From Phascolarctobacterium sp. (GTDB taxonomy: Bacteria > Bacillota > Negativicutes > Acidaminococcales > Acidaminococcaceae): 64,000 nt of DNA. Location: positions 10,978 through 74,977 of the forward strand of contig SFCN01000001.1 of assembly GCA_004558595.1 (NCBI GenBank). Direction: 5' to 3'. Of this stretch, positions 1 through 8,470 are shown in pieces. The notes under the pieces were generated by a model. That model did no database searches. It was not told the origin of the DNA and saw only the letters and a program-made list of their open reading frames with translations. The position numbers and the translations under genes were made by a program. Numbering within the stretch: the stretch's first letter is position 1; each line of letters starts with the position of its first letter.

Positions 1-469
1 GTTTCTCTTTAACTTTAGGGCTTAAGGTTTGGGCCTTATCGATAAAGAGCACGCCGTCCAAATGGTCTAATTCGTGTTGGATGCAGATCGCAAGCAGGTC
101 ATGAGCTTGCAAAAGCATTCTTTGACCGTTGCGGTCGGTGAATTCGCACTCCACATAGCTAGCGCGCTCTACCTCGCCCTCGTAGTCAGGCACGGAAAGG
201 CAGCCCTCGGCGCCCACAACCTTACCCTCTTTTTTGACGATGACAGGGTTGATGAGCTCAAACAAGCCCTCGCCCACGTCGATGACCACGATGCGCTTGG
301 AGACGCCAATTTGGGGAGCGGCCAGACCTACGCCGTCAGAAGCGTACATGGTTTCAGCCATCTCCTTCAGCAAGCGGTGGAGCTTTTTATCTATACGGGT
401 TACGGGCTCGGCTACTTTGCGCAGCACGGGATCACCAGCAACCAAAATTTTCAACGTTTTCTTAGCCAT
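1..469 (-). CDS. def: Peptide deformylase, 3' end cut by window edge
   Basis: Absent from the ORF track because there is no stop inside the window. My minus-strand translation from ATG 469-467 reads MAKKTLKILVAGDPVLRKVAEPV... It carries the deformylase motifs GVGLAAPQIG, EGCLSVP and QHELDHLDG. An AAGGAGGAAG RBS lies about 9 nt upstream. Confidence 0.9.
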   Translation of the reverse strand, partial: MAKKTLKILVAGDPVLRKVAEPVTRIDKKLHRLLKEMAETMYASDGVGLAAPQIGVSKRIVVIDVGEGLFELINPVIVKKEGKVVGAEGCLSVPDYEGEVERASYVECEFTDRNGQRMLLQAHDLLAICIQHELDHLDGVLFIDKAQTLSPKVKEK

Positions 470-619
470 GGAAAAAACTTCCTCCTTAAAACTTACATAT
501 TAACACTTTATTATAACACAGTTTAACCTTCTATAGCAAATTATTGTATAAATGTCCAATTTCAACTAATGAATTTCGTAATAAGCAATCATCATTTTCG
601 CAAGTGTTTTTCATATAGA

Positions 620-860
620 TGTTATCGTTCAAAGGTATACCTGTGAAGTGCTTCGGTCTGCGAATGCTTGATACAATGTTCACATAGAGCGCTTAATCCG
701 TCAAGAGAAAAACGTGCCGTAGTGTGACGAGGCGCTTCGCGAACATGCGAGCCTGTCCATTGCTAGCGCATTTCGATTATTCATCGAATTGCTGCTGTAG
801 TCGCATTCTTGCCTCCGCCACTTCCCAGGTATACGCTTTTCACTTGCGAAGATAATATTA
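620..860 (+). repeat. Copy A of a ~240-bp non-coding element with terminal inverted repeats (MITE-like or structured RNA)
   Basis: About 85% identical by eye to the reverse complement of 48062-48302. The ends GGTATACCTGTGAAGTG (634-650) and CACTTCCCAGGTATAC (820-835) are inverted repeats. There is no ORF. It sits in the priA|def spacer. Confidence 0.8.
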
Positions 861-1123
861 AAGCAAGCATGCCCAACTATATCAAAGCACTTTGAAAGTA
901 TAGTTCTTATTTACATCGATTGTAAATTTCTCTACGAAGTGACTCATGCAATCTAAATGAAAAGCTTTTTATTACCAATTAGTATATAGCAAAGCCCTTT
1001 TTGATAAATCTTTTTGGGCGAGCAAAAAGATTTTGTTTCCCACGCTTTCTAAAAGCGTGCGACCTTTTTGCTACTTTTTCGGTCGCTCGAAAAAGTAGAC
1101 GAACAAAAGCTATTTCTAAAAAC

Positions 1124-3538
1124 TTAGATAACACTCACAGGATCAACATCAAAATAAATATTCTTCTGTTCTTTAAACTCACTATTTAAAATAGCTTGTT
1201 TAACCGGCCCTAAATCCTTCGCCTTAATCACAATATTATATCTATACATATCACGCACTTTAGACACTAGCGCAGGGAAAGGCCCTGATATTTGCAAAGC
1301 GTCAGCATTCTTGAGCTTGGTAGAATTGGAAGTACTATCAGAAATACTAGATTCCTGCGCCAGCTTCCCCTCCAGCTGCAGCCTTTGCAAATAAAACACA
1401 AGCCTCTGGGCCAGAGCCAACCCCTCCCCATCACTCTTATCCCAAATAGTAAGCTTCAGCATCTGGGCAAAGGGCGGATAAAGAAACTCCTTACGCGCCT
1501 TGAGCTCGATTTTAGCAAAGCCATCATAGTCCTGACGAGCCGCCAGCTGAATAATCTCATTCTCCACATCATAGGTTTGGAAAATAACCTGTCCCGGCCG
1601 CTCTCCGCGGCCGGCACGGCCCGCGGCCTGGGTGAGCAGCGAAAAGGCTCGCTCCGAAGCTCTATAGTCCGGCAAATTCAAAGCACTATCCGCCGAAAGC
1701 ACGCCCACCAAGGTCACATTGGGAATATCGTGACCCTTGGCCACCATCTGGGTGCCTATAAGCACATTGCTAGCTCCGCTAGCGAATTGACGCAAAATAT
1801 CCTCATGGGCGAACTTGGCCAAGGTAGAGTCCTGATCCATGCGTAGCACGCGAATATCCGGCAGCTGGGCCAGCTCTGCCTCCGCCTTTTGGGTACCCGT
1901 GCCGAAGAATTTAATGCGCTGACTATGACAATTGGGGCACTCATGAGGCACAGGGGCCGTGTTGCCACAATAGTGGCAACGCATATCCTCATGAGCACTA
2001 TGGTATACCAAGGCCACAGCACAGTGTGGACAAGTAATAGTATAACCACAGTCCCGGCACATGACGAAGGTGGAATAGCCACGACGATTTAACAGCACAA
2101 TGGCCTGCTCTCCCTCCGCCGCAGTTTTTACCAGAGCCTGTTGCAGCTGTCGAGAAAGGACGCTGTAGTTTTTCGCTTGCAGCTCCTTGCGCATATCCAC
2201 CAAATGGACCTGAGGCAGCTGGCTGCCGTTGGGCCGCTGAGTTAGACGCAAATGGGTATATTCTCCCTGTAAGGCCTTATAATAAGTAGTGATGTCTGGA
2301 GTAGCGCTGCCCAAAACCAGGGGCGCACCTGTGCGCTGACAACGGGCAAGCGCCACTGCGCGGGCATGATAATTGGGCCGTTCCTCCTGCTTATAGCTGG
2401 TCTCGTGCTCCTCGTCGATGATGACTAGGCCTAAGTCAGCAAAGGGTGCGAAAACTGCACTGCGTACACCGATGAGCACTTGGGCTTGACGGGTCCGCAT
2501 GCGGTACCATACGTCGCCCCGCTCGTTTTGGGAAAGCTTAGAGTGAGCCACCGCGATTTGGTCACCGAACCAGGCTTGAAAGCGCTTTACCAATTGCGCT
2601 GTCAGCGCAATTTCCGGCACCAACATCAGCACCTGCTTGCCAGCGTCCACAGCGTGGGCCGCAGCACGCAGGTACACCTCGGTCTTGCCGCTACCGGTAA
2701 TGCCCTGCAGCAGGAATGTATCCTGCTGCTCGCTAGCAACCGGTGTAGCGGCGAGTTCAGCGTCAGCGCTGGGGTGAGCAGCAGCTGCTGCGTTATTTCT
2801 ATCGATGGCGGCCGTAATCCGTTTAACCGCCACTCGCTGCTCCTCCGTAAGCTGAAAGCTCTCAGCGAGGCCTGTTGGACGAGCGTAGCTGTTGCGCAGC
2901 ACACGCTTCTCACGCTCCGCCACCAAGTCCTGCTCCAACAGCGCCTTCACCACTGCCCTGCTTACGCCCTTGGTAGCTAGCTCACCTGCACTCAGCCATT
3001 CCTGAGCGTCAGCCAACACTGCCAAGGCACCGTGCCGAGCCTTGGCTTTTTTCATCAACACGCCACTTTCCAAGGCTTCCCGACCTGCATCTGTAATAGC
3101 GTAGGCTAGCACCGTCTTTTCCTTAAGGCGCTCGCCATATGTATAATATAAAAGTCTGCCGGCGCCATCACGCACCGCCTTACGGCGGATGCTGGTCTTC
3201 CCCGGCACAAAAAGTCGCATCGCTTCTGCTAGATTACACATATAATAATCCGCTAGCCAATTGGCTGTAGCCAACATCTCATTATCAAACCAGGGGCTGT
3301 CGCCTAAAGCCGCCTCCACATATTTTATTTTCGCCAACAGTGCCCCATCCTGCGGCACTGGGCAGAGCTCAACCACAAAGCCCTCCACTTTTTGGCCGCT
3401 AAAGGGCACCACCACGCGCCAGCCCCTGTCCAAAAAAGCCAGCTTGGCCGGCACTGCATAGGTAAATTGGCGAAAAAGGCTCTTCACCGGCAAATTTATG
3501 GCAACCTGTACTGCGAAAACTGCACCCACTGCGCTCAT
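1124..3538 (-). CDS. priA: Primosomal protein N' (replication restart helicase PriA)
   Basis: 804-aa ORF with Walker A GITGSGKTEVY, a DEEH box and Cys-rich zinc fingers (CRDCGYTITCPHC...CHYCG...CPNC). Confidence 0.95.
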   Translation of the reverse strand: MSAVGAVFAVQVAINLPVKSLFRQFTYAVPAKLAFLDRGWRVVVPFSGQKVEGFVVELCPVPQDGALLAKIKYVEAALGDSPWFDNEMLATANWLADYYMCNLAEAMRLFVPGKTSIRRKAVRDGAGRLLYYTYGERLKEKTVLAYAITDAGREALESGVLMKKAKARHGALAVLADAQEWLSAGELATKGVSRAVVKALLEQDLVAEREKRVLRNSYARPTGLAESFQLTEEQRVAVKRITAAIDRNNAAAAAHPSADAELAATPVASEQQDTFLLQGITGSGKTEVYLRAAAHAVDAGKQVLMLVPEIALTAQLVKRFQAWFGDQIAVAHSKLSQNERGDVWYRMRTRQAQVLIGVRSAVFAPFADLGLVIIDEEHETSYKQEERPNYHARAVALARCQRTGAPLVLGSATPDITTYYKALQGEYTHLRLTQRPNGSQLPQVHLVDMRKELQAKNYSVLSRQLQQALVKTAAEGEQAIVLLNRRGYSTFVMCRDCGYTITCPHCAVALVYHSAHEDMRCHYCGNTAPVPHECPNCHSQRIKFFGTGTQKAEAELAQLPDIRVLRMDQDSTLAKFAHEDILRQFASGASNVLIGTQMVAKGHDIPNVTLVGVLSADSALNLPDYRASERAFSLLTQAAGRAGRGERPGQVIFQTYDVENEIIQLAARQDYDGFAKIELKARKEFLYPPFAQMLKLTIWDKSDGEGLALAQRLVFYLQRLQLEGKLAQESSISDSTSNSTKLKNADALQISGPFPALVSKVRDMYRYNIVIKAKDLGPVKQAILNSEFKEQKNIYFDVDPVSVI

Positions 3539-3652
3539 GGCAACCCCCTAAAAAATATTCTATAGTAAAGCTCAAGGAAAGCTTATCTGCAAAGCTCAAC
3601 AAAGCTGCTTCTATTATACCAAATTCTACCCTGCTTAGGAGGAAAACTTTCG

Positions 3653-3692
3653 GAAAAAGAAACGCCTCGACACCAACTCAGGCGCGAGGCGT
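3653..3692 (-). terminator. Intrinsic terminator after the transporter gene
   Basis: Stem ACGCCTCG/CGAGGCGT (3662-3669 / 3685-3692) followed on the minus strand by TTCTTTTT. Confidence 0.7.
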
Positions 3693-3707
3693 AGACAAAC
3701 TATCTTT

Positions 3708-5141
3708 TTAAACTACCACAAAACCAGCAATGAAGTAAGCGATGGAAGCAAAAACCATGGCAATACCAGCATAGGGTAATTGGGTATAAACATGGGCTGT
3801 ATTGTCAATATCACAGGCCTTGGAGGTGAACACGGTAGCATCCGCATAGAAGCAGGCATGGCTACACAGGGTAGCGCCGCTGACGATGGCGGCCATTACC
3901 AAGAAAGGATTGGCATCCACTGCAAAGCCCAAGGGAATGATAATGGGAGCGCATACTGCTGGAATACCCCAGTTGGAGCCAGTAATAAAGCCTAAGCAGC
4001 CTACAGTCCAGAAAGCCAACATAGGATACATTTGGGCATTCACATAGGGCTCAATAAGGTGAATTACGTAACCTGGCATCCCGATGGCGGTCATAGCTCC
4101 TTCAATATAAAAGGCCGCTACGATAATGGAAAGTACGGGCACCAAATCGGCAAAGCCTTCAATCCAGCAATCACAGAATTTACCCATGGTAATTTTGCCA
4201 CGGGGCACGTATAACACGATGCAGCACAGCAGCGCCGCGATCAGGCCTACGAACAGGTCACCTACATACATCTGCACACCGATCATGGTTAGGATAGGAA
4301 TTACGAAGTCCCAAGCGCTAGCCTTGCGATCGTAATCGTCGGGCTTATCATGCTTGTGGTACATAGCGTTCTCGATAATACCATAGCCCTCTTCGTCGTT
4401 CTTAAGCCGGGCATAGGCACGCTTCATGGCGCCAACCTTAGGCACAATGCCAACTATAAACAAGGGTACGATGGCCAAGGCGAAAATGCCGTAGAAAATA
4501 TAGGGAATAATTTGCATATATGTGGTAATGGCATCGCCATAGCCCAAGGCCTTGATGCTGTCCTGCTCGTAAAACACGCCACCGAAGAAAATCGCCCAAG
4601 TAGAAAAGGGTATCAAAACGCTGGTAGGCGCGCCAGTGGAGTCCACCACATAGGCTAAGGCCTCACGGGGAATATTCCTTTGATCCGCCAGCTTTTTGGT
4701 ACAGCTGGTAACGGTTAGGATATTCATATAGTCATCGATATAAATGATCATGCCCAGAATCCAAGCGGAAAGCAGGGTCGTGGTCTTGGACTTGCACAGC
4801 TTGCCTAAAACATTGGCAATGGCGTTGGTGGCGTTAGATTCGTTGATAACCGCGATCAAGCTGCCGAAGAGACCGCACACCAAAAGCATCCATACAGATT
4901 CCGGATCCGTAAAGACATCAAAAAACTTGGATGTGGCCAGCTCAACGAAATTAGCGCCTGTTTTCCAGCTGAGCAGACCATAGCCCGTCAGTGCACCTAA
5001 AAGCAAAGGCTCCGTTGTTCTTTTTGACCAAACTGCTACAACAACAGTCAAAATAGCTGGAAATAAGCAAATTATTCCATATTCCATTGACCAGGCCCCC
5101 TCAAGCTTCATCATGCTCTTTTTTGCATTCATTAGAAGCAT
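3708..5141 (-). CDS. Polytopic membrane transporter, NhaC-type Na+/H+ antiporter family (tentative)
   Basis: 477-aa ORF with about 11-12 hydrophobic segments. The family call is by resemblance only. The likely true start is ATG 5087 (MEYGIICLF...), preceded by GAGGGGG. Confidence 0.55.
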   Translation of the reverse strand: MLLMNAKKSMMKLEGAWSMEYGIICLFPAILTVVVAVWSKRTTEPLLLGALTGYGLLSWKTGANFVELATSKFFDVFTDPESVWMLLVCGLFGSLIAVINESNATNAIANVLGKLCKSKTTTLLSAWILGMIIYIDDYMNILTVTSCTKKLADQRNIPREALAYVVDSTGAPTSVLIPFSTWAIFFGGVFYEQDSIKALGYGDAITTYMQIIPYIFYGIFALAIVPLFIVGIVPKVGAMKRAYARLKNDEEGYGIIENAMYHKHDKPDDYDRKASAWDFVIPILTMIGVQMYVGDLFVGLIAALLCCIVLYVPRGKITMGKFCDCWIEGFADLVPVLSIIVAAFYIEGAMTAIGMPGYVIHLIEPYVNAQMYPMLAFWTVGCLGFITGSNWGIPAVCAPIIIPLGFAVDANPFLVMAAIVSGATLCSHACFYADATVFTSKACDIDNTAHVYTQLPYAGIAMVFASIAYFIAGFVVV

Positions 5142-5221
5142 TTTTCTTTCTTATTCTGTCTCTACATAAGAGGCAAACTAATTATACTTCTATGCTTCCC
5201 ATTTGTCTATAGTATTTGGAC

Positions 5222-5258
5222 AAAAAAAGTGTCCACAGTAAAATTTTTTCACTGCGGA
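5222..5258 (-). terminator. Intrinsic terminator after the porin gene
   Basis: Hairpin 5233-5257 (CCGCAGTGAAAAAATTTTACTGTGG on the minus strand) followed by a T7 run. Confidence 0.7.
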
Positions 5259-5280
5259 CGCTTGTCTGACAAGAACTACA

Positions 5281-6522
5281 TTAGAACAGGAAATAAACCT
5301 CGGTTACGAGAACCTTGTCCCTATTGTCACCGATCTTAGAATCAGTATCGAAATAATCAATCAAGCCATAAATATTCTTGGCAAAGGTATATTTAGCACC
5401 GATATTCCAGCCCTCGAAGCCACCATTGAAGAGGAATCTATTAGCAGAAATAGTGGGAATAAAGAAGGTGTTGGAGGGTTGATTATAATAGTTAGCAACC
5501 AAACCAAAGCTACCCGGTTTATTCACATCATGGCCCTTATACTCGATTCGGGCCACATAGCCATTGCTGCCTACCCTAGCGTCCTCATCCTTCACGCTGC
5601 GCATATATTCGCCGAAGAGGCGCACAGTCGGGGTAATTTTATAACCGATACCTACGTTGAAGATATCCTTATCACCCTTGGTAGAGTTATCCCAATCGTA
5701 CCAGCCGTTCTTTTCAACTGCTACAACAGCAGCATTATTGGTGTTGTAGTAATTTACAAAGAAATTGCTTCTGTCGTAATTACCTGCCAAGCCAAAAATA
5801 TTCAAGCGACCACTGCTGGTCAAGGTACTGTGGGGACCAGCGGCCTTAGTAAACATGCTGGTGAAATTCAGCTTATTGGTGCCATAGGTAAACTTCAGAC
5901 CTTCTAGATGGGTATCAATAACCATGGGAGAAATATCCTCGCCCCAACGTCCGGCCCGCACGGTCATGCCGCCCAAGCGACCTTGTACATAGGCACGCTT
6001 AAACTGAATTTCTTCTTCGCCGGTGTTATTGCTAAAAATTTGCTCGTTTTGCAGCATCAGATTATAGGTCCAGCTATCGTTAATCTTGCCCTCGCCCCAA
6101 ATACGGGTACGCCCGCCGGATACATCATGCTGATCGCGTTTATCGCCGCTACGATCCCAACGCTCATAACGGGTACGCAGCTGTCCCCAAAAATGGATAT
6201 TGTCGCTCTTCTTTTCCAAATTGGCCACACGCACGCCCAGATTATCCAGCTCGTCGGCGAATTCTGCGGCTAGCTTATCCACCTTGGCGCCCTTAGCCAT
6301 GGCTCTTGCCACGATTTGGGCCATTTCATAGCGTGTCATCAGCTTGTCGCCGCCAAAGGTTGTATCCCCATAGCCTTCCACAACGCCAGCTGCTGCGAGC
6401 TTGGCAATACTGTCGTATGCCCAATGTCCAGCCGGAACGTCACTAAAAGGGTTGGCGGCCGCGTAGGCAGAGGCGGTGATGCCCAGGCTCAGGGCCACTG
6501 CTGCAAGTAAAGTTTTCTCCAT
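5281..6522 (-). CDS. SLH-domain outer-membrane porin (OmpM/Mep45-like)
   Basis: Signal peptide ...ASAYAA. N-terminal S-layer-homology motif (FSDVPAGHWAYDSIAKLAAAGVVEGYGDTTFGGDKLMTRYEMAQIV). A coiled-coil linker, then a beta-strand-patterned C-terminal half ending in F. Confidence 0.85.
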   Translation of the reverse strand: MEKTLLAAVALSLGITASAYAAANPFSDVPAGHWAYDSIAKLAAAGVVEGYGDTTFGGDKLMTRYEMAQIVARAMAKGAKVDKLAAEFADELDNLGVRVANLEKKSDNIHFWGQLRTRYERWDRSGDKRDQHDVSGGRTRIWGEGKINDSWTYNLMLQNEQIFSNNTGEEEIQFKRAYVQGRLGGMTVRAGRWGEDISPMVIDTHLEGLKFTYGTNKLNFTSMFTKAAGPHSTLTSSGRLNIFGLAGNYDRSNFFVNYYNTNNAAVVAVEKNGWYDWDNSTKGDKDIFNVGIGYKITPTVRLFGEYMRSVKDEDARVGSNGYVARIEYKGHDVNKPGSFGLVANYYNQPSNTFFIPTISANRFLFNGGFEGWNIGAKYTFAKNIYGLIDYFDTDSKIGDNRDKVLVTEVYFLF

Positions 6523-6564
6523 GCTTTCCTCCTCAAATTCATCGATAAAGTAAAATTAAACAAT

Positions 6565-8430
6565 TTATTCAACCGTAAGATACGGTGAAGGAGCAAGTAA
6601 GGGTTTACCTGATGTGACATATTCCTGCCATGCTTCACTCACTCGCTTCTCCCCAGTGGTAAAGCCCTCGCTTCCCTTTTGCCCATCAAGCTTCTCGGCT
6701 AAGACTGTAAAGAAAGTCTTTTTGTCTAAAACGGTAACCCTATAGGTTTTATTCTTATCCAGGGGCTTGCCATGATACAGCAGCTGCTTAAGAGTGAAAG
6801 CATCGTGCCTTCGCCCCTGCTTGACCACATATTCCATACCACTGGTGATGGGTAAGGAATGATAGTTCACAGGATTTACCGCGCTATACACATCCACATT
6901 GGGCACGCCCTCCACATAAAGCTTCAGCAGGCGCTCCAGCTCAGCCCCGGTCAGCTGCTTCGTAAAGCTTTCCAAATAATTGGGCATGACCATATAACCA
7001 AGCATTTTTTCGGAATAACCGGAATTGAAAATAGGCCCGGTAAAGCTGTGCCCTACAGCCACGAGAATATCGCTACCGTAATAGCTGCGTAGGGAATTAG
7101 CCATAGCAGATTTGGCTTCGTTACCACCCTGCTTGCTATCCGTAAAGCTATAAGCCTTGTCAAAGGGCTTCAGCTTTAGCTCCTCCCGTTGCTTAGGCTT
7201 CCGCAAATACTCATCCATAATTCTATAGGCCTGCTCAGCTGTTGCCTCTCTCTTAACCATTTTAGACACAGCCAGCTTGGAGCCTGCGAAAAAGTCCGTG
7301 GAAGCAAGGCGCACATAAATCCGATTAGACTCAATAAAGGGGCTGATATTCTCTAGCAGCGGAGATATCTTGAGCTCGGTATTACGGCTGTAGGAAATAA
7401 CGTCGTTTCTGGAACCAAGCTTTCTTTGAGCGCCCTCACTCATCATTACGCTCAAAATACGCATCATTTTTTGCTTGCGCTGCTCGTTTTGCGCGCTGGA
7501 CTTATTCAAGGCCACTTGGAAGGCCGGATAGGTTAGCAGCCAATCCTCGCCACCATCCTGACCAAAATAGGGAAGCATGACCAGATTCATCCCATAACGC
7601 CTAATATGGTCCAAGGCCACATTAGCGGTCATCCGGCTCATGGCCGCCTTGCCCGTAATGAGTAAAGCATCCATATCCTCATAAAGATAATTATCATCCT
7701 GGGGCTCCACATAAGCATCCCTTATAAAGCTTTCCATACGTTGGAAGGCTAAGGGCCACACCTTTTTATCCAGACCCACCGCCTTTTGCTCGCCAGTGTT
7801 TTCATACTGACTTCGCCATAGCTGTCCCTCTCTAGAGGTAAGCTCATGAATATTAAGGCCCTGCAGAATGGCCAGTGGTGTATAATCATAATGCCAATCG
7901 CTGACAAAGGGCTTTATCCCCAAGGCTTTGAATCTAGCACAGGCCTCTTTGAAGCTCTTGTAAGAATGGGGCAAAGGAATCCCATGCTTAATAAATAAAT
8001 CCTTATTAGCTACAAAAAGCTCGGCTTCACCGCACAGGGGCAGCCAGCAAATGGTGCCATCGGGATATTTGTAATTTTCCAAATAACCCGTAAAAATCGT
8101 GGCAGCCTCCTCGGTATTCTTTAAATCCACAAGCTGCTCCTTCAGCTCCACTGCGTCGTGCAAGGAAAAGCGTCGACAGGTAATGATATCCGGCAGACTC
8201 CCCTTCTCATTGAGGAATTTATAATAATTCAGGTCATTATTCCCAACAACAAAATGAATATCCAGATCCGGCAGCTGAGACTGCACATAGGGCGCATATT
8301 CACGTAAGAGCTCAATACTCCATAGATATACGGTAATGGGCTTTTCTTGCTTTTGCTCCTTGTTGCTGCCGCAGGCGCTAACAAAGAAAAGTACCAGCAA
8401 GAGCAGGATTAGCATAAGCTTCTTTTTCAT
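6565..8430 (-). CDS. Lipoprotein: ABC-type solute-binding domain with a C-terminal 5'-nucleotidase-C-like domain
   Basis: Start re-picked at MKKKLMLILLLLVLFFVSACGS (lipobox, GGTGGGGA RBS). The N-terminal ~430 aa are family-1 SBP-like. The C-terminal ~190 aa (…TGAELERLLKLYVEG…GKPLDKNKTYRVTVLD…) resemble the 5'-nucleotidase C-terminal domain by eye. Confidence 0.65.
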   Translation of the reverse strand: MKKKLMLILLLLVLFFVSACGSNKEQKQEKPITVYLWSIELLREYAPYVQSQLPDLDIHFVVGNNDLNYYKFLNEKGSLPDIITCRRFSLHDAVELKEQLVDLKNTEEAATIFTGYLENYKYPDGTICWLPLCGEAELFVANKDLFIKHGIPLPHSYKSFKEACARFKALGIKPFVSDWHYDYTPLAILQGLNIHELTSREGQLWRSQYENTGEQKAVGLDKKVWPLAFQRMESFIRDAYVEPQDDNYLYEDMDALLITGKAAMSRMTANVALDHIRRYGMNLVMLPYFGQDGGEDWLLTYPAFQVALNKSSAQNEQRKQKMMRILSVMMSEGAQRKLGSRNDVISYSRNTELKISPLLENISPFIESNRIYVRLASTDFFAGSKLAVSKMVKREATAEQAYRIMDEYLRKPKQREELKLKPFDKAYSFTDSKQGGNEAKSAMANSLRSYYGSDILVAVGHSFTGPIFNSGYSEKMLGYMVMPNYLESFTKQLTGAELERLLKLYVEGVPNVDVYSAVNPVNYHSLPITSGMEYVVKQGRRHDAFTLKQLLYHGKPLDKNKTYRVTVLDKKTFFTVLAEKLDGQKGSEGFTTGEKRVSEAWQEYVTSGKPLLAPSPYLTVE

Positions 8431-8470
8431 TTCCCCACCTCTATTCTCCACCAAAACACGCTTTTTAGAA

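Noticed and set aside
74-526. A 150-aa plus-strand ORF at the left edge.
   Set aside because: It lies antisense to a clear peptide deformylase reading frame that runs off the window. That frame is missing from the ORF track only because it has no stop inside the window.
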